From the NCBI GenBank assembly GCA_964651705.1, contig CAZYWZ010000014.1, positions 9,743-73,742 of the forward strand: 64,000 nt of DNA, written 5' to 3'. Positions 1 to 8,971 of this stretch are shown one piece after another. Position numbers and translations under genes: made by a program. Under the pieces are notes generated by a model. That model was given only the letters and a program-made list of their open reading frames with translations. It was not told the origin of the DNA and searched no databases. How positions within the stretch are numbered: position 1 is the stretch's first letter; each line of letters begins with the position of its first letter. This stretch comes from an uncultured Verrucomicrobiales bacterium (lineage in GTDB: Bacteria > Verrucomicrobiota > Verrucomicrobiia > JADLBR01).

Positions 1-178
1 GCGATTCCTTGAGCGATACCGCGTGCGGCTTGCGGTGGAAGACGCCCAGGTCGAGCGCCAGCATCGCCAGCACAAACAGGGTGAAGCCTATCCAGATCCA
101 GGGTGTTCCAATCGTTTCCATGGGGCATGCGGGAGGCGTGCCGCGCCACATCGTGGACGGCAATCAGGTCGATGCGGA

Positions 179-2125
179 TCAGGAGGCCGGGATGAGCCTC
201 TCGTAATCCTCAAGCTTCCCGCCATCCAGGCAGCAGGTGATGATCTGTCTTCCAAGCGGATCGAGGTCGGGGTCGCAAAAATCCTCGAGGCACTTGTGGA
301 AAAACGCCCGGAGGATCTCCGCGCCCTGGTCGTAGGCAACTTCTCCCACCTCCGGCTGCGTGTCCACCTGGAGAAACCAGCGTGTGATCATGCGTCCTTC
401 CACCTGCAGCTGATGCAGCGTGTGGCCGAGCAGCGGGCAACGCGCGGGTCGCAGCTGGTCGGGGCGGAACTTCGCCACGCCGCGCCGGGCGAGATATTCG
501 CGCGCGATCCACTGGGGCATGAAGCCCACCCGCCAGGCGCCCACGTGCTGGTTGGGGCAAAGGATGTGGCGCATCCGGGTGTTCTCCGCGAACTGCCGGA
601 GCAGCAGGTTGGCTTGATCCACGCGCCGACCCGTCGCGAACGGCCAGTAGGAGCCAACGCCTTCGCTGGTCATGCCCTCGGTCTCCACGATGCTCGGATT
701 GGCGTGGCCGCGCGGTGAGACCAGTCGCCACAGCCAGGCCAGCGATGGCGGCAGAATGTGAAAGACGCCCATGATGCCGTAGGTGGGTTTCTCCTTGGTG
801 CAGGGGGGAGTGCGCACGCCGAAACTGCGGATGTCCACCGTGACCGCCCCCTCCACCACGCCGGGAAAGACCTTGCGCGGGATGATGAGGCGAGGATTCG
901 GACAGGGTCTGCCAGGCGCATCCTCGATGTGCTCCCAGACCAGCGCCCGGCTGCCTGGGACGGCATCAATGCTGAGAAACAGCAGCGGCACGGGCGGTTC
1001 GGCGGCCAGCTTCTCCAGGTGCACGTCGGTGCCGTAGTGCTCGAGATGATTGACGCGGACGAACCAGGCATTCTCCGCGTCGGTCAGCGTGAGCTTGCCT
1101 TTGCCGTCCTGCAACGAAGGGTGACACAGGGCCATGTCATCCGTCACGGCGTGCAGCTCGCAGCTGCGCGGGATTTCCAGGTAACGTTTCTCGCCGGTGA
1201 CCAGATTCTCGCCCAGCAGGAGGCGTCCATCCGGCTCGCGATGCGCCTGCTCCAGCATCTCGCTCTTGCCGCCACCGCTCGCGCCCTCGTGCATGATGGT
1301 CACGACGTTGTCGTAGGGCGTGATGACCTGGACGGTGGAGCAATGGTTCGTGACCCAACCCTCGCGTTCGCCCAGCCCGAGGAGGACGCCGTAGATCCCT
1401 TTCTTGGCGCTTGGCCCAGGGTAGAGGTTGTAAGAGAACAGTTCGTGCAGGCCGTTGCGGCGATTGTGCACGACCACCTGTTTGCCATCGAAGTGCGTGT
1501 GGCGGAAGACCGGCGCCACGTATATGATCGCGCGCGGCACGAAGCTCGGCGGGATCTCGTCGTAGGGGATGATGCCCTGCAACATGGCCAGGCCGAGCGC
1601 GAAGAAGCCGGCGTTGGCGGGTGCGATCACGAGGGCGTCCATGCCCAGGCCCGCGCCCCCGGCCACGAAGCCGAACATCGCGAGCTCCTGGCCCCTGAGC
1701 CACTCGAAGGTCTGCAGCCGCAGCGGCGCGAATTCCGCCCCGAAGCGCGGCAGGAAGGCGTCCTTGTCGGTGGGCAGGTCGTCGCCGATCACCATGCAGT
1801 CCGGGTCGCGGCGGCGCATGTAGGGCTCGATGTAGTTGGCGGCGACGCCATTGCGCACGCGGGCGACGGTGGCTTCGAGCACTCTTCCCTTGCCCGGCAC
1901 GTCGTAGGCGACTTCGGAGAAATCCGATTTGGGCCCACCGCAGGCCAGGTCGACGAGTTCATCCGTCGTGCTTGCGATGGAAAGCCGCTTGCAGTGGGTG
2001 AGGATCTCGGCGGCTTCGCCGGGGGGATGATATTTTTGCCAGTTCATCGTGGTGGATATTCCGTCAGGTTCTCGTTGGGGAGCGGTATGCAATTCATCGT
2101 CCTCGGCCGGCGGGGCGGCGGTCAC
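179..2125 (-). CDS. HprK-like P-loop domain protein, DUF4914-like, function unknown
   Basis: 648-aa ORF. Walker A GASGGGKSE matches the HPr kinase/phosphorylase C-terminal P-loop (GxSGxGKSE) and is followed by a VTDDMA motif. Its start overlaps the hpf stop by 4 nt (2122-2125). An alternative start MNWQKY lies at 2047. Confidence 0.6.
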   Translation of the reverse strand: MTAAPPAEDDELHTAPQREPDGISTTMNWQKYHPPGEAAEILTHCKRLSIASTTDELVDLACGGPKSDFSEVAYDVPGKGRVLEATVARVRNGVAANYIEPYMRRRDPDCMVIGDDLPTDKDAFLPRFGAEFAPLRLQTFEWLRGQELAMFGFVAGGAGLGMDALVIAPANAGFFALGLAMLQGIIPYDEIPPSFVPRAIIYVAPVFRHTHFDGKQVVVHNRRNGLHELFSYNLYPGPSAKKGIYGVLLGLGEREGWVTNHCSTVQVITPYDNVVTIMHEGASGGGKSEMLEQAHREPDGRLLLGENLVTGEKRYLEIPRSCELHAVTDDMALCHPSLQDGKGKLTLTDAENAWFVRVNHLEHYGTDVHLEKLAAEPPVPLLFLSIDAVPGSRALVWEHIEDAPGRPCPNPRLIIPRKVFPGVVEGAVTVDIRSFGVRTPPCTKEKPTYGIMGVFHILPPSLAWLWRLVSPRGHANPSIVETEGMTSEGVGSYWPFATGRRVDQANLLLRQFAENTRMRHILCPNQHVGAWRVGFMPQWIAREYLARRGVAKFRPDQLRPARCPLLGHTLHQLQVEGRMITRWFLQVDTQPEVGEVAYDQGAEILRAFFHKCLEDFCDPDLDPLGRQIITCCLDGGKLEDYERLIPAS

Positions 2126-2463
2126 TTCGTCCTGCGACCGGTTGGGCGGCGGGTGCTCGCCTGGCCTCTCTGGCGGGAGGCCTTCCGGCTCCGGCGTTGC
2201 TCGATCTGTTCCCGGAGGCGGGCCACCACCTTTTGCCAGGCGGCTGGCCAGGTGTGGTCGCGGGCAGCGGCACGGACGTCTGGGCCAGATACCGCCAGCA
2301 TGGCCACCGCCTCGAAGGCCGGCGTCATCTCGCGCTCGTGTCGCAGCCCGACCTGGGCGGAGGCCACGTCCAACAGGCGGTCGAGGGTCCGCAGATCGGC
2401 CTCCACCTGCCGCCGCAACCCGTCGTCGTCTCTCATCCCTCGGATCTGAAATTGGATGTCCAT
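2122..2463 (-). CDS. hpf: ribosome hibernation promoting factor / RaiA(YfiA)-like, short form
   Basis: 113 aa from the internal Met (MDIQFQIRG...). N-terminal beta-alpha pattern and C-terminal WQKVVARLREQIEQRR resemble the HPF/YfiA family. The ORF-track start at 2577 gives a 38-aa Arg-rich extension that I reject. Confidence 0.5.
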   Translation of the reverse strand: MDIQFQIRGMRDDDGLRRQVEADLRTLDRLLDVASAQVGLRHEREMTPAFEAVAMLAVSGPDVRAAARDHTWPAAWQKVVARLREQIEQRRSRKASRQRGQASTRRPTGRRTK

Positions 2464-2577
2464 GAAATCGGCTGGCTCAGGTTTGGTGCTCCTTCTCGGG
2501 CGCGGTATTCTCGGGGTGACCTCGTTGTCCCGAGTGCACCACCGCCCCATTCTGGCGCGCTGGGCCAGTTTAGCCAA

Positions 2578-2592
2578 ATACGATTAAGGTAT
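2578..2592. promoter_or_regulatory. dyad ATACgattaagGTAT (T-N11-A LysR-type box) in the hpf/nhaR divergent promoter
   Basis: AT-rich 50-nt divergent intergenic region. A perfect 4-nt inverted repeat with 7-nt spacer sits 36 nt upstream of the nhaR-like ATG. A second TAATACGAT half-site is at ~2612-2620. Confidence 0.3.
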
Positions 2593-2627
2593 TGTAACTT
2601 TAGCTAGAACCTAATACGATATGCGGC

Positions 2628-3518
2628 ATGGAATTCTTGAATTACCATCATCTGCGGTATTTCTGGGTCGCGGCCAAAGAGGGCGGGCTAACCCGCGCCG
2701 CCGCCAAGCTGCACGTCTCGCAGCCGAGCATCTGCACGCAGATCCAGGCCCTCGAGGGCTCGCTGGGCGAAAAATTGTTGCGGCGGACATCGCGCGGCCT
2801 GGCCCTGACCGAGGCTGGCCAGACGGTGTTCAGCTTTGCCGAGGGGATCTTCTCCCTCGGCGAGGATCTCCTGAGCACCATGAAGCAGCGCCCCACCACG
2901 CGTCCCTTGCGCGTCCACATCGGCATCGCCGATTCGGTGCCGAAGCTTCTCACCTACGGGATGCTCAAGCCGATTTTCCGCCTCCCCCAATCCGTCCAAG
3001 CTTCCTGCCGTGAGGGAAAAGTGCCCGACCTGCTCGCCCAGCTGGCGACCTATCGCCTCGATATCGTGCTGTCGGACGAGCCGGCGCCCGCCTCGGGAAA
3101 CCTCAAGACGTTCAACCATCTCTTGGTGGAATGCGGCGTCTCCTTCTGCGCCGAACCGAAACTGGCGGCTCGCCTCAGGCGCCGCTTTCCCGCCTCCCTG
3201 CATGACGCCCCGGCGCTGTTGCCCAGCGCGAGCGCGGCCCTGAGACGGTCATTGGAAAAATGGTTTCAGGAGCATCGGATTTCACCCCGCCTGATTGCGG
3301 AGTTTGACGATGCCGCCCTGATGAAAGTGGCCGCCTCCGATGGCCTGGGGTTTTTCGCGGTTCCCAGCCTGGTTGCCAACGAGGCGGTGACCCGCTACGG
3401 CCTCAAAATCATCGGGCACGCCCCCCGTTGCAGCCAGAAGTTCTATGCCATCAGCGCGGAGCGGCGGCTCACCCACCCGGCGGTGGTGGCCATCACGGCC
3501 CATGCGCAGGACGGATAG
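2628..3518 (+). CDS. nhaR: LysR-family transcriptional regulator, NhaR-like
   Basis: N-terminal HTH MEFLNYHHLRYFWVAAKEGGLTRAAAKLHVSQPS aligns to NhaR NYNHLYYFW. C-terminal EFDDAALMKVAA and YAISAERRLTHPAV match NhaR EFDDAALMKAFG / HAIFAERMIQHPAV. Confidence 0.8.
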   Translation: MEFLNYHHLRYFWVAAKEGGLTRAAAKLHVSQPSICTQIQALEGSLGEKLLRRTSRGLALTEAGQTVFSFAEGIFSLGEDLLSTMKQRPTTRPLRVHIGIADSVPKLLTYGMLKPIFRLPQSVQASCREGKVPDLLAQLATYRLDIVLSDEPAPASGNLKTFNHLLVECGVSFCAEPKLAARLRRRFPASLHDAPALLPSASAALRRSLEKWFQEHRISPRLIAEFDDAALMKVAASDGLGFFAVPSLVANEAVTRYGLKIIGHAPRCSQKFYAISAERRLTHPAVVAITAHAQDG

Positions 3519-3682
3519 GAATCCCATCGGGAGGCGCCGCGGGCGGCCGCGGGCCTTTTGCCACGCCTTCCACGCCTGGACCTTTCCGCGGCCGGCGAGC
3601 CCGCGGCTGTAGGCCATCCACTAGTCGGTCTGCCCGCAGGCGAGCAGGTAGGCCTTCAGGCGTTTCCGGTGGCGCGCGGGCT

Positions 3683-3744
3683 GCCGCGTGAACGCGGCAC
3701 TACGAGCGGGGAAAGGTTTGTAGTGACGCCTTCAGGCGTTCCGG
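3683..3744 (+). repeat. REP element, family R1, left copy (two hairpins GCCGCGtgaaCGCGGC and ACGCCttcaGGCGT)
   Basis: 62-nt sequence repeated at 4421-4482 with ~90% identity in the same orientation. The two copies flank the RAYT gene. Confidence 0.8.
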
Positions 3745-3793
3745 CGGCAGGGTTTCGGCTGTTTTCTTGTTGGCGATATGGCAGGGTTGAGGC

Positions 3794-4414
3794 GTGCGGG
3801 ATAGGGGATATCGGTGGCGAGGCATGTCCTCCGGAGAACGGGCGGAAGTGGTAGCGTTGCGAAAGGCTCGCCGGTGGCCATGGCATGCGCCCCCACACGG
3901 GAGCTTCAAGAACGGGGGGCACTTTCATTTAACGGCGGCCTGTTTCGAGCACCGGGCGCACATCGGGCACTCCATCGAACGAATGGAGGATTTTGCGGGC
4001 GGGCTGTTGCGTGCCGTGGCCGAAGGCGGAGGGCAGGCGTTGGCCTGGTGCGTGCTGCCGAACCATTATCACGCGCTGGTCGATGCCGGTGTGCTGCGGC
4101 ATCTGCTTGACGCGCTGGGCCGATTGCATGGTCGCAGCGCTTGCGCCTGGAATCGGGAGGAGGGAATGCCGGGCCGCAAGGTTTTCTTCCGCGTGGCGGA
4201 TCGGGCGATGCGCTCGGAGCGGCACTTTCTGGCGACGCTGAACTACGTGCACCACAACCCGGTCCGCCACGGCTATGTCGCGCGCTGGACGGATTGGCCG
4301 TGGTCGAGCGCATCGGAGTATTTTTCGCGCGTGGGGTGGTCGGAGGCTGAGCGTCGTTGGCGGGAGTATCCCATCGGCGATTATGGCAGGGGCTGGGACG
4401 ACGCCGACCTGTGA
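3794..4414 (+). CDS. REP-associated tyrosine transposase (RAYT, IS200/IS605-like Y1 HUH enzyme)
   Basis: HuH motif LPNHYHALV, C-terminal catalytic-Tyr region LNYVHHNPVRHGYV, and an N-terminal WPWH..GG.FHLT block typical of RAYTs. Flanked by REP R1 copies. Confidence 0.8.
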   Translation: MRDRGYRWRGMSSGERAEVVALRKARRWPWHAPPHGSFKNGGHFHLTAACFEHRAHIGHSIERMEDFAGGLLRAVAEGGGQALAWCVLPNHYHALVDAGVLRHLLDALGRLHGRSACAWNREEGMPGRKVFFRVADRAMRSERHFLATLNYVHHNPVRHGYVARWTDWPWSSASEYFSRVGWSEAERRWREYPIGDYGRGWDDADL

Positions 4415-4420
4415 GGGCAT

Positions 4421-4482
4421 GCCGCGTGAACGCGGCACTACGAGCGGGGGAAGGTTCGTCGCGACACCTTCAGGCGTTCTGG
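4421..4482 (+). repeat. REP element, family R1, right copy
   Basis: Direct repeat of 3683-3744 starting 7 nt after the RAYT stop. Confidence 0.8.
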
Positions 4483-4501
4483 GCGAAGGCGCTGCGCGAG
4501 G

Positions 4502-6628
4502 CTACTCAGTTCTTCTGCTTCTGATCTCGTACATGCGGTATCCGACCTCGCGGATGCCGGCTATGGTCTCGGGGTAGGGGGTGTCACAGACGTCCAGGAA
4601 TCCGTTCTGGAGGTTCTCGCCGTCGAAGCGGCCGGTGGTGGGCTGCTCGCCGAATTGGTGCCAGTGGGCGCCGATGATGTTCGGGTGGCGGAGGGCCGAG
4701 GCGATGTAGGTCGCGTAGGCCCTGCCCCGCGCCTCCTGATTTTCGACTTGGATGAGGCTGGGGTGGAACATGCCGCGGTCGAGCGCGCCGAAGTGGAACT
4801 CGCCGATCATGACCGGCTTGTCCACGCCCTCGGGCAATTTGAAATCATCGAGCGTATGGCGGTACAAATTGTAGCTGATGACGTCGCAGTATTTCGCGCC
4901 GATCTGGACGGCGGCCTTCGTCGAGCCCGCGAAGCGGCAACCCATGTACAGCGTGTTGGGCGCGGCGGCCTTGAACTCGTCGCGGATGTTCTTGAAGTAC
5001 GCCTCGGTCACGGCGGCGCTGAATTCGACGCAGTCCCCCTTGGACCCCGGCGGCGGCTTCTCCTGCGATGCGAGGAGCGCTTCCCAGTCGGCGTGGAGCG
5101 ATCCCCACGCCGCGTTGAGCTTGTCGACCGCGCCGTACTTGTCCTTCAGCCGGTTGACGAATTCGATCTTCGCGGGCTGGGCCGCGGGCGATGCAAGCGT
5201 CCACTCGGCCAGCGAGGTCTCGCCGCCCCAGCTGATCTCGTTGTCGACGAAGAACCCGAAGCACCATGGGTCGTCGAGTTCCTCCTTGCGGGCCAGCAGT
5301 TGCTTTCGGAGGTTCGCGCGGAACTCGGGGTGGAAGGGATCCTTGAACTTCCACCAGCCGAGGTGGGCGCCCTCGATGTCCGGGGATCGCATCTCGAATC
5401 GGTCGCAATAGGGGGTGCGGCGCTGGAGGCAGATGGCCTTGTCGGAGCTGTTGGCGATGGTGTTCATGCCCCAGCTCCTCAGGCGCCTGTGGGCCATGTC
5501 GGCGTAGCGCGCGATCCAATCGGGGCCGTATTTGCGGAAGGCGTTCGCCGACGAGAAATCGTAGGTCCGCTGGATCCCGCGGGCCTCGTAGTAGGGCCAC
5601 AGGAGCGCGTCGCGGGTCGTGTAGAACATGGCGAATGGGGAGTCCGGCGACGGGAGGTCGGTGAAATAAAATTCTCGTTCGTCCAAGGGTGTCACGGCCG
5701 AAGACGAGGTGACGCGCACCGGGCCGTGCGACCACCAGAGGCAACCCTCGGGATCCACCATCCACCATTTGCCATCGATCTTCTCGACGCGGAAGCGGCC
5801 GGTCGCCTCCCGCTTCGGTCCCTTGGCCCAGCCGCCATATTTGTTCCACCCGTCCGGGCCGGGATGCGAGGCGAGGTCGGCGCGCTCGGCGTCGATGGCC
5901 CTCTTCAGATCCTCGTCCGAGTGCGTCTTGCCGGGCCATTCATTATGCTTGAACTGTCCGTACACATCGATGAATGGGAAGAACTCGTCGGCCGAGAGTC
6001 GCATCCACGCAGGCACTTCCGGCCACCGGTAGCCGCCGAGGTAAGGAGGCGGATTCGGCTCGGTGTGCGCCACGATCCGCTTCACGCCCCAGAGCCAGTC
6101 CAGCTTGGGCTCCTTGATATAGACCGCCACGCCGACGACCTCTGCCGGATCGAGGTCGGCGACGACCCCGGTGGTGGCGAATGGCCCGCGCTTCATTCCC
6201 GCCAGTTTGCTCGTGATCTCTCGGCCATGGGGCAACGGGGGTGGGAGCGCGATGGTGTAGCCCGCAGGAGTCTTGCCCCGGATCTTCACCCGATCGATGA
6301 AGACGCCCAGGGACTTCCCGGGATCCGCGTCGGGATTGTCGAGGCGAATCGTCAGGGGCAACTCGCCCTTCCTGTCTAGGTTCGCCAGTTCGAGCGTGAG
6401 GCGGTTGCACCGGGACAGATCCCATGATCCCCGGATGATCACGCCGGGGTAGCCGGTGTCTCCCTTGGTCGCGACCTCCAGCAGGCCGTCCTGCAAATCG
6501 AATTTTCCGCCCGAGTGCGACGCCACCGACGCGATGGGGGTTTGCGCGGCATCGAAGAGCACGATCTCATCGGCCTGCGCGGTTCCCGCAGCCAAGAGCA
6601 GCACCATCCAGCAGTTCGTTTCTTTCAT
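4502..6628 (-). CDS. secreted clan GH-A (TIM-barrel) glycoside hydrolase, GH50/GH42-like, with N-terminal beta-sandwich domain
   Basis: Signal peptide MKETNCWMVLLLAAGTAQA. FFVDNEISWGG (NE acid/base-like) and VMIGEFHFG (nucleophile-like) motifs. 708 aa. Confidence 0.6.
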   Translation of the reverse strand: MKETNCWMVLLLAAGTAQADEIVLFDAAQTPIASVASHSGGKFDLQDGLLEVATKGDTGYPGVIIRGSWDLSRCNRLTLELANLDRKGELPLTIRLDNPDADPGKSLGVFIDRVKIRGKTPAGYTIALPPPLPHGREITSKLAGMKRGPFATTGVVADLDPAEVVGVAVYIKEPKLDWLWGVKRIVAHTEPNPPPYLGGYRWPEVPAWMRLSADEFFPFIDVYGQFKHNEWPGKTHSDEDLKRAIDAERADLASHPGPDGWNKYGGWAKGPKREATGRFRVEKIDGKWWMVDPEGCLWWSHGPVRVTSSSAVTPLDEREFYFTDLPSPDSPFAMFYTTRDALLWPYYEARGIQRTYDFSSANAFRKYGPDWIARYADMAHRRLRSWGMNTIANSSDKAICLQRRTPYCDRFEMRSPDIEGAHLGWWKFKDPFHPEFRANLRKQLLARKEELDDPWCFGFFVDNEISWGGETSLAEWTLASPAAQPAKIEFVNRLKDKYGAVDKLNAAWGSLHADWEALLASQEKPPPGSKGDCVEFSAAVTEAYFKNIRDEFKAAAPNTLYMGCRFAGSTKAAVQIGAKYCDVISYNLYRHTLDDFKLPEGVDKPVMIGEFHFGALDRGMFHPSLIQVENQEARGRAYATYIASALRHPNIIGAHWHQFGEQPTTGRFDGENLQNGFLDVCDTPYPETIAGIREVGYRMYEIRSRRTE

Positions 6629-6669
6629 CTTCTGTCTCCGGTCTTCATTTTATTTTGCCATGCGAAGGG

Positions 6670-8946
6670 CTACGGCGCCTCCAGCGGCGGCGGGGGATGC
6701 ACCGGGTGGGCCGCCGGCCAGGTGGCGCGGGACTCGTTTTGGCGCAACCCGATCTGCTCGAAAGGGATTCTCTCGAACCCGATATTCCAGGCGGGCGAGT
6801 CCCCCCGAAGCTGGAAGTTGCCGGCCTTTTCATTGACGAACCTGGGGTCCACATCGACCAGGTTGTCTTCCAGTCGCACCAGATCGAGGACCTTCGCTTC
6901 GATGTGTTGCCACCACGTCGCTTCGATGGGTTTGCCTTGAGACATGCGGCGCAGATACTCGCCCTGTCCCTGCCAGAAGATGTTGCGGCGAACGATGTTG
7001 CCTTTGGGCTTTGCGGGCTCATCGTCCAGCATCGTCGCAAGCTTCGGATAACGCGTGCTGAAAGGTGGCTCTTTGAAGCGAACGCCGCAAAGCTCCCCTG
7101 TCTCTCGGGCCGTCTTGAGTCGCGGCTCCACGGCATACGCCGCCCAGCCCAAGGCGCGCGCATCCAGATGAAAGGCCCGCGGGCAATCCACGAAGACGTT
7201 GTTTTCGACGAGATTATCACGCCCTCCGCCGATAAAGACCGCCTGCATGACCTGAGAAAAGACATTGTTTCGCACCGTGGCGCCGGAAAACTCGTCGTCC
7301 AGATAGATGCCCCTGCACCAGCCGCCATCCTTGCCGCTGATATGGTGCAGGTAGTTGTATTGAAATACGTTGCCGCGCAAGCACCAGCTGCGCCCGGCGT
7401 AGATCGCGCCGCAGTCGTGCGATTCATTGCAGACATTGTGGATCTCGTTGTATTCAAACAGATGCTCCTGGCCGCCGAACAGGATTGCGGCGTGGGGGGC
7501 GTCGTGGATCAGGTTGTGTGACGCGCGGAGGCCCACGCCGCTCATGAAAATCCCCGGCCGATACATTCGATCCCAGCGGCCATAGTGATGGATGTGGTTG
7601 TTCTCGGCAAAATGGCCGCCCGGCTCGAGCGTCTTTCTGTCGCCTCCGATGAGGTAGATCCCGCCGCCGCCCATGCCGTGCATGTCGCAGCCGACGACAC
7701 CGTTCTCCTTGCCTTCGAAGATGGTGACGGCGTGGTTGCCCAGATTGCGGAACGTGCAGGCGACAAGGCGGCATCGTTGGCCGCCGGTAATGGTGATTGC
7801 CGTCCCGCGCGCGGCCTCCATCAGCAGGCCGTGAATCGTGACGTGCGACGCGTCTGTCATCGTGAAGAGGCCCGGCGCCATCGAGACCTCGACCCGCGCG
7901 CGTTCGATGGGCCCCGGAGGCCAGAGGTAGAGGATTCCCGCCGCGCGGTCGATATACCATTCGCCGGGCGCGTCGATTTCGCAGAGGAGATTGAATCCGC
8001 GGAACCACTGGCCCTTCCGGTAGCCGTAATAGTGGTACGGTGGCTCGACGGAGATGATCCGCTTCTCTGGATCGATGGATGCGATCTTGTGGCGCTGTGT
8101 GGCCCAGTCGCGGAACCAGTATCCGCGGACCCACGCGTCCTTCTCGCCCAGCCACCGCCTGGGCCGGTCGCCCTCGTAGACGAACACACCCTCCTTGCAG
8201 CCCTTGGTGCCACGGACATCGATCTCCGTCTTGCCCAGCACCTCTTGAATCTTGATGAAGTCGTCGTTCGGCCAGCGCGACAGCGTCATCGGCTGGTCGT
8301 TGAAGAAGACCTCCAGTCGCGGCTTGACTGTCTTGCCCGCACTGGCGTGTGCGCTCCCAATCATGTCCTCGGCCTGATTGTCGACCTTTGCCAGCCACAA
8401 CTGGAGCTCCGCCGCGGCGTCCAGGCCGAGGTCGCCATATTCTGTCACGCCCAGCGCGCGCAGATCGGCTTGAAACACCTTGCCGCGCGCAGGCGGATCC
8501 AGACGGCTGAGGGTGGCTGGCTCGGTGACGGGGCTCCATCCACCCACGATTCGCCCTCCACTGATGTGGACCGCGTCGCCCCGTCTCGCGCGATAGATGA
8601 TGGGGGAGTCAGCGGTTCCGGAATCTTCCGCAGTCAGTGCGACGGGCTTCGAGAGCTCATATCTGCCGGCCAGAATCTCCACGACGATGCCGCCTCTCGG
8701 CAGGCCGCCATTCGCCTTGATCCGGCGGATTTCATCGCGGGCGCGCTCGATCGTGGCGAACGGCCCGTCGGTCTTTCCGGTGTTCGGTTCCGCCGCATTG
8801 CCGGACCACGCGTCGTCGCCATCCGCGGCCACGTAAATGATCGCGCCTGGATGTTCCTCGGGCGCCGCATCTCGGTCGGCGGGCGCACAGGCGGCGATCG
8901 CCGCCAGCAGGGTTGCAGACAATGCCGTTCGCAGATCGTCCCTCAT
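6670..8946 (-). CDS. secreted right-handed parallel beta-helix repeat protein (pectin-lyase fold), putative polysaccharide lyase/hydrolase
   Basis: Lipoprotein-like signal (LLAAIAAC). Repeated NxxxHD/NN[VI]F beta-helix turns. Paralog of 23856-26252 with shared blocks NHIHHYG/NHIHHLG and HDAPHAAILFGG/HDAPYSGIIGGG. Confidence 0.65.
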   Translation of the reverse strand: MRDDLRTALSATLLAAIAACAPADRDAAPEEHPGAIIYVAADGDDAWSGNAAEPNTGKTDGPFATIERARDEIRRIKANGGLPRGGIVVEILAGRYELSKPVALTAEDSGTADSPIIYRARRGDAVHISGGRIVGGWSPVTEPATLSRLDPPARGKVFQADLRALGVTEYGDLGLDAAAELQLWLAKVDNQAEDMIGSAHASAGKTVKPRLEVFFNDQPMTLSRWPNDDFIKIQEVLGKTEIDVRGTKGCKEGVFVYEGDRPRRWLGEKDAWVRGYWFRDWATQRHKIASIDPEKRIISVEPPYHYYGYRKGQWFRGFNLLCEIDAPGEWYIDRAAGILYLWPPGPIERARVEVSMAPGLFTMTDASHVTIHGLLMEAARGTAITITGGQRCRLVACTFRNLGNHAVTIFEGKENGVVGCDMHGMGGGGIYLIGGDRKTLEPGGHFAENNHIHHYGRWDRMYRPGIFMSGVGLRASHNLIHDAPHAAILFGGQEHLFEYNEIHNVCNESHDCGAIYAGRSWCLRGNVFQYNYLHHISGKDGGWCRGIYLDDEFSGATVRNNVFSQVMQAVFIGGGRDNLVENNVFVDCPRAFHLDARALGWAAYAVEPRLKTARETGELCGVRFKEPPFSTRYPKLATMLDDEPAKPKGNIVRRNIFWQGQGEYLRRMSQGKPIEATWWQHIEAKVLDLVRLEDNLVDVDPRFVNEKAGNFQLRGDSPAWNIGFERIPFEQIGLRQNESRATWPAAHPVHPPPPLEAP

Positions 8947-8971
8947 GTTCTCCTTTTCCTCTCTGGTGGTG

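Noticed and set aside
3519-3680. Possible Rho-independent terminator after the nhaR-like gene (GCCGCGGGCGGCCGCGGGCC + TTTT)
   Set aside because: The G/C block is a direct repeat of CGCGGGC around a NotI-like GCGGCCGC core rather than a clean stem-loop, so I could not form a convincing hairpin by eye.
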